From Mobula hypostoma (lineage: Eukaryota), in assembly GCF_963921235.1 (NCBI RefSeq), contig NC_086108.1, forward strand, positions 59,832,001 to 59,896,000: a DNA stretch of 64,000 nucleotides. Reading direction: 5' to 3'. The translations under genes were made by a program, and so were the position numbers. This document shows, in pieces, positions 11,039 through 24,300 of the stretch; within the stretch, counting starts at the first letter, position 1, and the number at the start of each line of letters is the position of its first letter. The notes beneath the pieces are model-generated. The model ran no database searches and was not told the origin of the DNA. It saw nothing but the letters and a program-made list of their open reading frames with translations.

Positions 11039-13691
11039 CTAGTGTATCTGCCTCCACCACTGACTCAGGCAGTGTATTCCACAGACCAACCGCTCTCTGA
11101 GTAAAAAACCTTCCTCTAATATCCCCTTGAACTTCCCACCCCTTACTTTAAAGCCATGTTCGCTTGTATTGAACAGTGGTGTCCTGGAGAAGAGGCGCTG
11201 ACTATCCACTCTATCTATTCCTCTTAGTATCTTGTATATCACTATCATGTCTCCTCTCATCGTCCTTCTCTACAAAGAGTAAAGCCCTAACTCCCTTAAT
11301 CTCTGATGATAATCCATACTCTCTAAACCAGGCAGCATCCTGGTAAATCTCTTCTGTACCCTTTCCAATGTTTCCACATCCTTCCTATAGTGAGGCGACC
11401 AGAACTGGACACAGTACTCCAAGTGTGACCTAGCCAGAGTTTTATAGAGCTGCATCATTACCTAGCAACTCTTAAACTCTATCCCTCGACTTATGAAAGC
11501 TTACTCCCCATAAGCTTTCTCAACTACCCTATCTACAAGTGAAGCAACTTTCAGGGATCTGTGGACATGTACCCCCAGATCCCTCTGCTCGTCCACACTA
11601 CCAAGTATACTGCCTTGGAGTTTGTCCTTCCAAAGTGTACCACCTCACCCTTCTCCGGGTTGAACTCCATCTGCCACTTCTCAGCCCATTTCTGCAACCT
11701 ATCAATGTCTCTCTGCAATCTTCAACAATCCTCTACACTATCTACAACACCAGCAACCTTTGTGTCATCTGCAAACTTGCCAACCTACCCTTCTACCCCA
11801 ACATCCAGGTCATTAATAAAAATCACAAAAATAGAGGTCCCAGAACAGATCCTTGTGGGACACCACTAGTCACAACCCTCCAATCCGAATGTACTCCCTC
11901 CACCACGACCCTCTGCCTTCTGCAGGCAAGCCAATTCTGAATCCGCCTGGATCCCATGCCTTCTGACTTTTTGAATTAAGCCTACTGTGTGGAACCTTGT
12001 CAAATGCCTTACTAAAATCCACATAGATCACATCCACTACACTACCCTCATCTATATGCCTGGTCACCTCTTCAAAGAGCTCTATCAGGCTTGTTAGACA
12101 CAATCTGCCCTTCATAAAGCCATGCTGACTGTCCCTGATCAGACCATGATTCTCTAAATGGCCATAGTTCCTATCTCTAACAATCTTTTCCAACAGCTTT
12201 CCCACCACAGACGTAAGGCTCACTGGTCTATAATTACCCAGACTATCCCTACTACCTTTTTTGAACAAGGGGACAACATTCACCTCCCTCCAATCCTCCA
12301 GTACCATTCCTGTAGACAATGAGGACATAAAGATCCTAGCCAGAGGCTCAGTAATCTCTTCCCTTGCCTCATGGAGCAGCCTGGGGAATATTCCGTCAGG
12401 CCCCGGGGACTTATCCATCCTAATGTAATTTAATAACTACAACACCTCCTCTGCCTTAATATCAACATGCTCCAGAACATCAACCTCACTCATATTGTCC
12501 TCACCGTCATCAAGTTCCCTCTCATTGGGGAATACCGAAGAGAAGTATTCATTGAGGACCTCGCTCACTTCCACAGCCTCCAGGCACATCTTTCCACCTT
12601 TATCTCTAATCGGTCCTACCTTCACTCCTGTCATCCTTTTGTTCTTCACATAATTGAAGAATGCCTTGGGGTTTTCCTTTACCCTACTCGCCAATGCCTT
12701 CTCATGCCCCCTTCTTGGTCTTCTCAGCACCTTCTTAAGCTCCTTTCTTGCTTCCCTATATTCCTCAATAGTCCCATCTGATCCTTGCTTCCTAAACCTC
12801 ATGTATGCTGCCTTCTTCCACCTGACTAGATTTTCCACCTCACTTGTCACCCATGGTTCCTTCACCCTACTATTCATTATCTTCCTCACCGGGACAAATT
12901 TATCCCTAACATCCTGCAAGAGATCGCTAAACATCGACCACATATCCATAGTACATTTCCCTGCAAAACCATCATCCCAATTCACACCCGCAAGTTCTAG
13001 CCTTATAGCCTCATAATTTTCCCTTCCCCAATGAAAAATTTTCCTGTCCTCTCTGATTCTATCCTTTTCCATGATAATGCTAAAGGCCAGGGAGCGGTGG
13101 TCACTGTCTCCTAGATGCTCACCCACTGAGAGATCTGTGACCCGACCCAGTTCGTTTCCTAATACTAGATCTAGTATGGCATTCCTCCTAGTTGGCCTGT
13201 CAACATACTGTGACAGGAATCTGTGCTGGACACACTTAACATACTCTGCCCCGTCCAAACCCTTGGAACTAATCAGGTGCCAATCCTCAGTATCTCTGTT
13301 GCTACCAGGGGGCCTATAGAATACTCCCAATAGAGTAACTGCTCCCCTCCTGTTCTTGACTTCCACCCATACTGACTCGAAAGAGGATCCTGCTACATTA
13401 CCCACCCTTTCTGTAGCTATAATAGTATCCCTGACCAGTAATGCCACCCCTCCTCCCCTTTTTCCCCCTCTGTATCCTTTTTAAAGCACTGAAATCCAGG
13501 AATACTGAGAATCCATTCCTGCCCTGGTGCAGCCAAGTCTCTGTAATGGCCACTACATCATAGTTCGATGTATGTATCCAAACTCTCAGTGCATCACCTT
13601 TGTTCCTGATGCTTCTTGCATTGAAGTACATGCACTTTAGCCCTTCTACCTTCCTACCTTTACACCCTTTATTCTGTTTCTCTTTCCTCAA
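11039..13691 (-). pseudogene. CR1 ORF2 (APE endonuclease + RT), disrupted
   Basis: MYFNARSIRNK, AITETWL, FYRPP, LDLVL, SDH, KSPGPDGI, NYRPVSLTS, SQHGF, DFSKAFDKVPH, LEYCVQFWSP. Confidence 0.9.
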
Positions 13692-13839
13692 AGCTCCTCT
13701 CTATGTTAGATCTGGCTTTACTCCATGCACTTTTTTCACTGCTCTATTGCTCCGGATCCCATCCTCCTTGCAAATTAGTTTAAACCCTCCCGAACCATGC
13801 TAGCAAACCTACCTGCAAGGATATTGCTCCCCGTCAAGT

Positions 13840-14709
13840 TCAGGTGCAACCCATCCAATCTGTACAGGTCCCATCTTCCCCAGAAGAGATCCCAATGATC
13901 CAAAAATCTAAAACTTGGCACCAACTCCTCAGGCATGCATTCAACTGCCATCTACTCCAATTCTTATCATCACTGTCACGTAGCACTGGCAGCAATCCTG
14001 AGAACGCCACCCTTGAGGTCCTGTTCTTCAGCCTTCTGCCTAGTTCCTGAAACTCACACTTCAGGACCACACCCCTCTTCCTGCCTATGTCGTTGGTCCG
14101 TACATGTATCACAACTTCTGGTTGCTTTCCCTCTCGTACCAGGATGTCGTGCACCCGGTCAGAGACATCCTGGACCCTGGTACCCGGGAGGCTACAAACC
14201 ATGCAGGTGTCCTTCTCACGTCCACAAAATCTCCTGTCTGCTCCCCTGACTATAGAGTCTCCAATGACGACAGCTCTCCTCTTCTCCGTCCCACCCTTCT
14301 GCACCACAGGGTCAGACTCAGTGCCGGAGGCCCTGCCTCCGTGGCTCACACCTGGTCGGTCGTCCCCACCAACAGTATCCAGGACGGTAAACTTATTATT
14401 CAGGGGAATGGCTACAGGGGTGCTCTGCACTACCTGTCTGCTCACCTTCACTTTCCCCCTCTGACTGTCACCCAACGACCTGCTTCCAACACCCTTAGGA
14501 GTGACTACCTCCCTGTAGCTCTCATCTATGATTGCCTCATTCTCCCTTATGAGTCAAAGGTCATCCAGCTGCTGCTCCAGATTCCTTACATGGTCTTCCA
14601 GATCGCCCAGCCGCATGCACTTCTGGCAGATGTGAATCTGCGGGAGAGGGAAGTGCCCCCAAGACTGCCACATCTCACATGAGAGGCACATCACTGCCTC
14701 AGGAGGCAT
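13840..14709 (-). pseudogene. CR1 ORF1 (CxxC...CxxC, coiled coil, SGNH/GDSL esterase), disrupted
   Basis: MPPEAVMCLSCEMW...ICQKC; VVIGDSIVRG; VVIHVRTNDIG; SGLLPV. Confidence 0.85.
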
Positions 14710-17700
14710 TGTAGGTTTCAACGAGATCCCCCCGCATTCTTCTAAATTCCAGTGAGTACAGGCAGAAAGCTGCCAAGCACTCCTCATATGTTAATCCCTT
14801 TATTCCCAGAATCAGCCTCATGAACCTCCTCCAGACTCTTTCCAATGACAACACGTCCTTTCTGAGATATGGGGCCCAAAACTGTTGACAATACTTCAGG
14901 TGCAGCCTGATTAGTATCTTATAAAGGCTCAGCATTATCTCTTTGCTCTTATATTCTACTCCCCTTGAAATAAGTGCCAACATTGCATTTGCCTTCTTGA
15001 CCACAGACTCACCCTGTAAATTAACTTTCTAGGAGTCTTGCACGAGGACTTCTAAGTTCTTCTGCACCTCTGATATTTGAACTTTCTCCCCATTTAGATA
15101 CTAGTCTGCACTATTGTTCCTTTTACCAAATGCATTATTGTACATTTCCCAACACTGTATTCTATCTGCCACTTTTTTGCCCATTCTTCTAATTTGTCTA
15201 AGTCCTGCTGCAATCGCATTGCTTCCTCAGCACTACATACCCCTCCACCTATCTTCGTATTATCCACAAACTTTGCCACATAGCCATCAATTCCATCAGT
15301 AGAGTAAGTGTAGTTATCTCCTTTTGTTCAAGAGCCTGATGGTTGAGGAGTAGTGACTGTTTTTGAATCTGATGGTGCAAGTCCTGTGGCACTTTGACCT
15401 TCTACCTGATGGGAGCATCGAATAAAGACCCTTGCCTGGGTGGTGAGGATCTTTGATGATGGATGTTGCTTTTCTGTTTCATGTAGATTGCTCAATGTTT
15501 GGGAAGGTTTTACCCGTGATGTACTGGGCCAAATCCACTACCTTTTGTAGGGTTTTCCACTCAAAGGCATTGGTGTTCCCATACCAGGCTGTAATGCAGC
15601 CAGTCAGCACACTTTTCACCACATGTCTACAAGAGTTTGCCAAGGTTTTTGATGACTTGCAGAATCTCCACAGACTCCTGAGAAAGTAGAGATGTGAAAG
15701 GTGACATGAATAAACCCCATTCCTATTCCTTATTATCTTATTTTTATTGTTGATCAAGAATATGAACCTGAGGTAGTAGATCAACCATGGCCTTTTTGAT
15801 TGGCGGAGTAGGTCTGAGATCTGTTCCACATCTTACTCCCCATGGTTCTAAGCTCCAGCAATATCTGGTGATTCTGCTTACAGACCCTACTTCATACTTG
15901 GATTTAAAATACAAATTACAGGAACATCTTTTGCAAGTGATAATCCCAACACCACAAGAATCCGAGTTGCATTAAAGGATTGTCGGTATATTAAGCAAAT
16001 GATATATATTTCCTGTTTAGAGATACAAATTGCACGGTTGTATTTGCTTATTATACGAAGATTCCCAGCTGTGAGGAGAAATACAGTTAAGCAAATTAAG
16101 AGCCAATTAATTTTCAGTGAGATCTAGGTGAAAATTTGGTTTGATGAGATGAAATCTTTCTACCTGTGCCAGCTGCAATATCCAAAGAAAGCTAAGCTTA
16201 AGCATGTTCACTCAACTGGGGAGCATGAGGCCAAAGCACTAATCTACCTGAAATCAGCACTTAAGTTAATAATCTTCATAAGTACAGTATAGGTTGCATT
16301 GAAAGTGGAAAGCTTCATCCCCATCTGATGCTAGATTTAAGGCTAATTGTTCTTACAGATTGCACTCAGTTTTGCTTCAGATCCAGGATGTCAAGAGAAG
16401 TAATTAATTTTGGCATAATGACAATCTTCAGTCTAATTGCATACTTGGAATTAACCAGTGGTTAACTAAATCTCAAGCACTGCAGACGTACCATCAATGA
16501 GAGAGAAAAATAAACTTAGTTTGAAAACATATTTCTTAGAGAACAAAATGAATACTTATTTATGAAGTGTATCAAAGCAGATCAAAATTTAGTATTGTGT
16601 AAATCTGTATACGAGACTATTCTCACCGTTTCAATTAAATCAAAAATCAAGTGTAACAAAATCTTCAGGCAAATGAACCCAGGTGCAGAGTAAACTCAAG
16701 ATTTGAAGGTAGAAAGTAACAATGAGGATTTATTGGAAGAACATAAAAGAGGAATAACAAATGACTCCAAATGTATTTACTCAAGAGGACTGGAGTGCAC
16801 AGATATTTGTTCACTTGGAACCCAAATTCAAGACTCAAGTGATGAACACTAGTTGTAACGAAATTAAACAGTGCATATAGCATGGGAAACCTATGTGAAT
16901 AAAAATCAAAGCTCAGTAAACTGAAAACAGAATGCATGGGAAACATTCATTCAAAAAATAAGCGCCATAAAAAGCAGAAGGAAAAATTAACGACTAAGCC
17001 AGTCACTTAAACTCCAGTTCAAACAAATCAGTGACATTCAGGTGCATGAGTGCTGAGGCCTGACACTCTCTGCCGCCCCATGCTGGTCAGAAACGTTCAA
17101 TGCACCAAAAATGGAGTTACAACAGGACTCAATTAAAATTTGTGATAACTAATCAGCTACTGTAAGACAGTATATTACATAGAGGATGCTAATTTCCCTT
17201 GTAAGTCATCATCCAAAAGGATCCATTTCTTTCAGTGTCCCACATACTATTATGTCACCAGCCTAACACTTTGCGAGTTTTTCTATTTCTCTGAATCGTC
17301 ACGTCGGAAATTGCAGAAAAGCAAAAGTGGCAGAGATTAATAATATTCTTGGTTTTCTTTTCTAGTAGGCACATGCCTGATAGACTTTTATCTGCAGGTG
17401 AAATAGACAACTAAATATTACTGATTGCTCAGTCAAGAATTTGAAGCGGACATTTAATCTTGGACTCCAGGTCACATCAACGGAGCTACTTAATTGGTTA
17501 TTACATTGAAGCCTGTTTGGTTGAACAATTCACCCACTTCCCAAGACAGGTGCCAGGAAAGAGATGGATGGAAAGGAATGAGAGCTGATGTACAGTAAAA
17601 GCAAGTATTCCATGCGAGGGCTCCATCATCTATGGCAAAGTGAAGAACAGGCTTCCAGAAGGAGGATATTTCAGAAGCTCCAGAGCAAAAAAACCCTCAT

Positions 17701-17779
17701 CTTGAGAATAAATAAGTCTAAGATGGAGAAATTGAGCAAAAGAGATGCCATCCTTACAGGAAGCAGGTTGGGGGGAGAT

Positions 17780-17920
17780 ATAGCTAAATGGCTAACTCCA
17801 TTTTTGATGTGGGAGCTCAGTTTACTCTTGCTTCTGAAGGGAAACGTAATCTTTGTCAGCACTTAACTGAATGCAATATACTCTCATCTTTGGAGTGGGG
17901 CTTGAAAACACAATGGTGTG
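17780..17920 (-). mobile_element. Ancient Deu-domain SINE 5' fragment
   Basis: Reverse complement ttgtgttttcaagccccactccaaaga resembles the head of shark SacSINE1-type SINEs, from recall. Confidence 0.4.
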
Positions 17921-19577
17921 ACACCACTTATGAGTCAACACTGATAGGCAGATAGCACGCTGTTTCAACTATCCAACCTCCTTCTGCTGGTAGTGATGAG
18001 ACCAGCTGGTTTTACTGAGGCAGCCGCTTCCTGATCCCAGGATAGCTCTGCATCATACTTGATTAGAATCCTGTTTTTAGCAGGTCAAGACTCCATCTGT
18101 TCATTGTACTGGTAATAGAACTTGATGCTAACATATTCCTAATTAACACCACTGTAGAAATATTATGCTTGGTTACACTACCAATGAGCACCAGCTGCAT
18201 AACATAAAACCCACCAAGAGGAAAAAAAGGCTCTTTTGGAAATAACAGAAAAAGATGTTTTGAAATATTCAGTCAGGGCATTTTTTAGCTTCATCTAACC
18301 TGTGTAGTTCCCAACCTGTGCTATTTACTGACACTGAGCATGAAAAAAATAAGGGAGGAGTCCCATTTTTCATCAGTGACATTCCTCACCCTAATTAGCA
18401 TAAAATTTCCGCTGTCTCTTGAGCAATTTGGCACTTCAATTCCTTGGCTAGCAATTCTGAACACCTCTGCTATATTATATATCATACATAGAACTGGATA
18501 ATTAATTTCTGAATGTACTAAGCAGTGGAGAATATAAATGAGCTGGTAAGACATATCTGACTGTCGAATAGAGAAAGATTTGGAAATACAGAAAAGAAAA
18601 TAAACACTTCCTAAAAACAGCTTGTTGCTTAGCAACAGCAAGCTTTGACCAGTAATAAAGTCCCCTTTCTTTCTAGGTTTTGGCAGTCTCAGTCACTCCC
18701 CTACAAGAATCTGAAAGAATTCAAAATGACTACGTTTGGAAAATCTCTTTTATACAGGTTAAACCCAATACATTAATATGTAAAAATCCTAAGCACATCG
18801 CTGCTACTTTTATTTTCCTTGTTCAATATCATTGGTGGTATTTTGTTATACTGGCATTCTGATTTGCAAATTGTTTCATAAAAGGATGATGAACAATTCA
18901 TGATTTTTTTGAAAACAACATGGTTATCTCCGATTTAAGTTATTTCTATTGATAGGTTCTTTTCTTCAGCGCGATCTCACTTCCTCCTGGGGAGTTTCAA
19001 CAAGCAGATATAAAAGATAAGCTATTGAACAATTACATTCTTAGTTTGTTGCTTTGCTTTTTACTATTAAGCCTTCTCAAAGCCTCATGAATTTTCTTTT
19101 ATCTTTCAAAGAGCTGGCACAAGGACAATGGGTTGAATGGCCATGCTCTGCACTTGCAGATTCTATCTGAATATTTCCTTTGTGCTTTCCATTCCTTTAT
19201 TCTCTTCGTGTATCACTTGGAACAGCATGGTGCTTTGTTAAGCAAAACAGGAGAAAGAAATAGGCTTCAGAGTCATGGACTGCTACTGTTGAATAAATTA
19301 CAAGAATTGCCATACAGATTTGTGTGATTAGAATTAACTAATAGGTAATGAGATCTAGCTTAGAAAAACTGATTTCTTTTGTTTTAATATTGGCAATATT
19401 TTGTCCTGAATGTTTCCCCCTTTTCATAAAGGGGCAACTAAATCCAAATTCAGGAGCATTGTCGTGACAATACCAAAGTCAGAACTCTCATCTAAGCATC
19501 ATACATAAAACCTGAAGGGAGCAAAATCGGGAAGCATAGATAAGGGGATCTGATAAACCTGCCAGGTGTATTAATAC

Positions 19578-20755
19578 ATAGATCATAGAACTGAGAGCAT
19601 TACAGCACAGTACAGACCACAATTTCCTACCAACCATTTAACCTACTCCAAGATCAATCTAACCCCTCCCTCCCCCATAGCCCTCCATTTTCTTTCATCT
19701 GTATGCTTACCTAAGAGTCTCTAAATATCCCTAATGTATCTGCCTCTATCACCATCCATGGCAACATGTTCCACACAACCACCACTCTAAGTCAAAAAAG
19801 CCTGCTGTGACATCCCCCTGACATTTTCCTCCAATCACCTTAAAACTATGCCCTCTTGTTTTAGCCATTTCCATCTCTGGGAAAAGTCTCTGACTGACCA
19901 TTCTATTTATACCTCATGTCAGCTTGCTCAACTTTTTCAAATTACATATCATCCTTCTTCACCTCAAGGAGAATCGCCCTTGCTCATTTTTTACATATCC
20001 TCATGACATGCTCTCTAATCCAGGCAGCATCCTGGTAAATCTCCTCTACAATCTCTGTAGCGCTCCCACATCCTTCCTATAATGAGGCAACCAGAACTGA
20101 ACATCATACTCCAAGTATGGTCTAACCAGAGTTTTGTAGGACTCAAACACTCCCTTCAGTGCTTGAACTCAGTCCCCCAACTAATGAAGTCCAACACAGC
20201 AAAGACCTTAACCACCCTATCAACTTGTCTAGCAACCTTAAGGAATCTATGGATATGGATGCCAAGATCCCTCTGTTTCTCCAAACTTCTAAGAACCCTG
20301 CTATTAACCCTGTGGTTTGCCTTCATGTTCGACTTAACAAAGTGTATCACTTCACTCTTTTCCAAATTGAACTCCACCTGCTACTGATCGGTCCAGCTAT
20401 GCATCCCATCAATGTTCCGTTACAACCTACAGCCTTCTACACTATTCAACTAAATTCCAACCTTTGTGGCATCTGCAAACTTAAATCCCACTCCCTCATT
20501 TATGAAAATCACAAAAAGCAGGTACCCTAGACCAAATCCCTTCAGGTCACCACTGATCACCATCCTCCAGGCAGAATACATTCCATCTACCACCACATTC
20601 TTCCTTCTAGGGGTAAGCCGATTCTGAATCTGCTTAGCCAAGTTTCCCTAGATGCCATGCCTCCTATATTTCTGAATGAGCCTACTATGGGGAGTCTTGT
20701 CAAATGCCTTACTAAAATCGAGATACATCACATCCACTACTCTACCTTCGTCAAA
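19578..20755 (-). mobile_element. CR1 LINE 3' fragment, degraded
   Basis: Minus translations VDVMYLDFSKAFDKTPH, FKFADATK, MEFNLEKSEVIHF; tail at about 19580. Confidence 0.88.
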
Positions 20756-20769
20756 GAAATCAAGACCAG

Positions 20770-20950
20770 AGAACCTTGAGGGGGCCCCAAGAGGGAACAA
20801 GACTAGGGAATGTTGAGTGAGGCTATTGGACATTGTGGGGGAACTCAAATGAGACCAGGGAACTTTGAGGGGAACCTCAAATGAGACCATTGGACCTCGA
20901 GGGGAACCTCAGGTAAGACTAGGGAACTTTGAGGGGAACCTCAAGTGGAG
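20770..20950. repeat. 32-bp minisatellite (gaggggaacctcaaatgagaccagggaacttt), about 5 degenerate copies
   Basis: gaggggaacctc starts at 20867, 20899 and 20931; weaker copies near 20778 and 20835. Confidence 0.8.
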
Positions 20951-21227
20951 CCTGAAAAGGAGGCTTGGGAGTCCTTGAGATGGTAAGAACATTGAAATAA
21001 CCTTGGAAACATTGAAGAGAAGTCCTTGGGAACCTTGAATAGACCTTGACGAACCTAATAACCTGAGTGCTTAGGCCGGGTTGTTTGCCCTTGAAATCTT
21101 GAAAACATGAAACTCAAAGCCTAGGGAAGGATGTGGCTCAGAGTGTTTTACTCTTCCAAAATTTATGCTATTGGCCTGGATGTTAAATTAAATTAACTTT
21201 ATCAATAAGCTTGCTTGAAGTGCTCAA

Positions 21228-21820
21228 TTGTTCTGCAGACCTGAGTCACAGGACACTCAGGTGGGGACCCAAGTATTTACAACTTGAACTCAGAGTGGAG
21301 ACTGGAGAAACTCGGAGACTAGAGAAGCTCAGACTGTGGACTCGGAACCTGGAACAGAGAAACTCGGAACGCCGTCAAGAAAATTTAGAACGTGGACTTG
21401 AGAATAGATGAAAGCCAACCGATGTTAAAATGCCACTATTCAACCTCCACTGGGTCCACTACTTGGCGGGGTCCTTCCGTTGAAATGTGCGCTGGCAAAT
21501 TGGAACCCAAGTGTGGAGGAAAGACAGGCTCCAATGTAGAAATGGTGACCAGTCCATTCATAAGAATCTCAACAAAACACCGGTGGCTCGACTGAGCGAC
21601 AACGCGAAATATAACATTCTCAAAAGTAGGGCTCTGCAATTAGTACTAACTGGGCATCCCCTTAAATAATTCAAGTAACATAGAATCCCTGAGCCGATCA
21701 AAATAAACTTAACAAGCTTAAACAGAAGGTACCAGGAGAATGCATTACAAAGAATGAGTCACTCGAGAAAAACACATAAGGAGTTCTAAATGATTAACGA
21801 CTGTTGTTAAACAGCAACAA
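21228..21820 (-). mobile_element. Possible LTR-like remnant
   Basis: tgt start; caggacac/ggacccaagt motifs resemble the reversed end of the 24301-24822 LTR; short ggagact/ctcggaac repeats; no TSD found. Confidence 0.35.
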
Positions 21821-23225
21821 ACCAATTTATCATCATCATCATTATGTGCCGTGTTGTATGATGTGGGCAATCATGATCTTCCATCTGGATTTAATCTGAG
21901 AAGTTCTAATAAGCTCTTCAGAACTTTTGCCTGCCCATCCCTTGATGTAACTCATGAATATCATGCACTTCCAACCAGAACTGTTTCTTCCATCATTTGT
22001 TCCCATCACTACAAGATGTTCGAGCTTCTCTATCCTCAGTAGATGTCCCAGAAATTCCAGCTGCTGTTTCCTGATTGATGATATCAGCTCTCTTCATATT
22101 CCAGCTTTTCACAACACTTCCTTATTTGTTACTCTGTTCTTCCACGATATTCTCATCATTCTTCTCAAAATCCACTTTCCTGCAGCTTGGAGTCTTCCCT
22201 CATTTTGCTTTGATATTGTCCATCGTTCACTTCCATATGTTCATGTGGAATGAATGTAGCACTCCAGTTTTGTACTGATAGAAATTATATTATTCTTTAG
22301 TGTCTTGCTCAAACACTTGAACATGCATTTAGTAATCCCAAACTTCCTTCTAATTTCAACAACAGCCCTGCCGTCAGATGTTATCGTGCTTCCTAAGTAA
22401 TTGAACCTCCAAGTTTGTTTAATTGTTCCATTGCCCACTATCAGTTTGCATTTCTGAATTTTTTTCTTCTTTGTGACAACCATACATTGTCTTCTTGCAA
22501 GTTGATGGTTAATCTTGTCTTTGCACTTTCTTTGGTGGCTTCATCTAATGTTTCTTGGAACTTCTCTTTCAAAGTAGCTATCAGCACTGTGTTATCCATA
22601 TATTGTAAGTTGTTCAAATTGTATGCAATTATCATGCCTGGAATACTGCTAATTTCTTTTAGAATTTTCTCACCATAAAAGTTAAATAGATCAGGTGAGA
22701 GAGCACAACGCTGTCTGACTCCTCTCTTAATCTGGATAAAATCACTTGTCTCATTTTCAAATCTCACTTCTGCTCTTTGTTCCCCATACGAATTTCTGAT
22801 TATTCTAATATATTTCCCATCAATGTTCAAGTGCTGAAGGATTTTTATAAACATGTCTCACTTTATCAAAAGCTTTGGTGTAATCAATGAAACATAGGTA
22901 TAGATCTTTCTGGACCTTTATGGACCTCACAAATCATTCTAAGAATGAAGGTTGCATTTCAGATTCCACTCTCTTCAATGAAGTTGTACCTCTCTTGTGC
23001 GATCTCTAGTTTCATATTTTTTCTTGCTCTCATCATGATGATTCATAGCACGACTTTCACAAAATGACTCATCAAACTAATTGTGAGCTGTAACTCACAT
23101 TCAATTGCTCATAAGTATTTTCAGCATTGCAATAAATCCTGGCTTGCCTATTTCCTCAGAAACTTCCCTGCTATCATGTATTTCATTCAGCAAACTGTCA
23201 ACCCTTCAATCCCAAAATCTTCCAG

Positions 23226-23862
23226 TGAACATAGAACATAGAACAGTACAGCACAGTACAGGCCCTTCGGCCCACAATGTTGTGCCGACACTCAAACCCT
23301 GCCTCCCATATAACCCCCCACCTTAAATTCCTCCATATACCTGTCTAGTAGTCTCTTAAATTCCACTAGTGTACCTGCCTCCACCACTGACTCAGGCAGT
23401 GCATTCCACGCACCAACCACTCTCTGAGTAAAAAACCTTCCTCTAATATCCCCCTTGAACCTCCCATCCCTTACCTTAAACCCATGTCCTCTTATATTGA
23501 GCAGTGGTGCCCTGGGGAAGAGGAGCGGGCTGTCCACTCTATCTATTCCTCTTAATATCTTGTATACCTCTATCATATCTCCTCTTCAAAGAGTAAAGCC
23601 CTAGCTCCCTTAATCTCTGATCATAATCCATACTCTCTAAACCAGGCAGCATCCTGGTAAATCTCCTCTGTGCCCTTTCCAATGCTTTCACATCCTTCCT
23701 ATAGGTGACCAGAACTGGACACAGTACTCCAAGTGTGGCCTAACCAGAGTTTTATAAAGCTGCATCATTACATCGCGACTCTCAAACTCTGTCCCTCGAC
23801 TTATGAAAGCTAACACCCCATAAGCTTTCTTAACTACCCTATCTACCTGTGAGGCAGCTTTC
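23226..23862 (-). mobile_element. CR1 3' fragment of the same family as 10897-14710
   Basis: gaacatagaacatagaac tail; closely similar to 10900-11550. Confidence 0.9.
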
Positions 23863-24300
23863 CCCCATTGCTGCTTTAATTTCTAATTTCATAATCAGTG
23901 GGCCATCCATGTTCTTAGTAATTATTGACCTCCCTCCTCTCATATCTTCAAACAAGTCAGCCATATATTCAGACCATCTAACCAGTATATCTGCTTTCTC
24001 CATGAGTACCGATTGACCTTTCACCTTCAAATACTCACTGGACGTAGAAGAATTAGCACTTTTGCATCTTTTTTTGCATCTTCTTTTGCATCACACCAGA
24101 ACTTTTCAGCTTCTCTATCGCTTCGTATTCTCCATTTATCCATTGTTCTTTCACTTCCTACATTTTCACTTGGATTCTTTGTTCAATGTTTTATATCTAT
24201 CCCTGTTCTTTGGTGTGATTTTCTGTATTTCTTTCATTAGATTCGTCATCCATTTTACTTCTCTTTTCTCTTTTTCAGTATCTCTTTATTAGACACATCC

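Larger units (their letters stand above)
10897..14710 (-). mobile_element. Near full-length CR1 LINE B (ORF1 + ORF2, frameshifted)
   Basis: atagaac-type 3' tail at 10897; ORF1 with Cys motif and SGNH esterase; ORF2 with APE endonuclease and RT motifs. Confidence 0.93.
10532..15297 (-). mobile_element. CR1 LINE 3' fragment A in two pieces (10532-10896 and 14711-15297)
   Basis: Minus ORFs KFVDNTKIGG, LYKILIRLHLKYCQQFWAPY; 3' tail at 10532; sequence continues across the 3.8-kb insert. Confidence 0.85.
10305..15695 (-). mobile_element. Rex1/Babar LINE 3' fragment in two pieces (10305-10525 and 15298-15695), hosting nested CR1s
   Basis: Tail aagttcaaagttcaa; minus-strand translation HLYFLRSL...SVLTGCITAWYGN; agtaga duplicated at 10526-10531 and 15298-15303. 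Confidence 0.8.

Noticed and set aside
20770..20950. CRISPR-like appearance of regularly spaced palindromic repeats
   Set aside because: The linkers are homologous to each other rather than unique spacers, the context is eukaryotic, and no cas genes are present.
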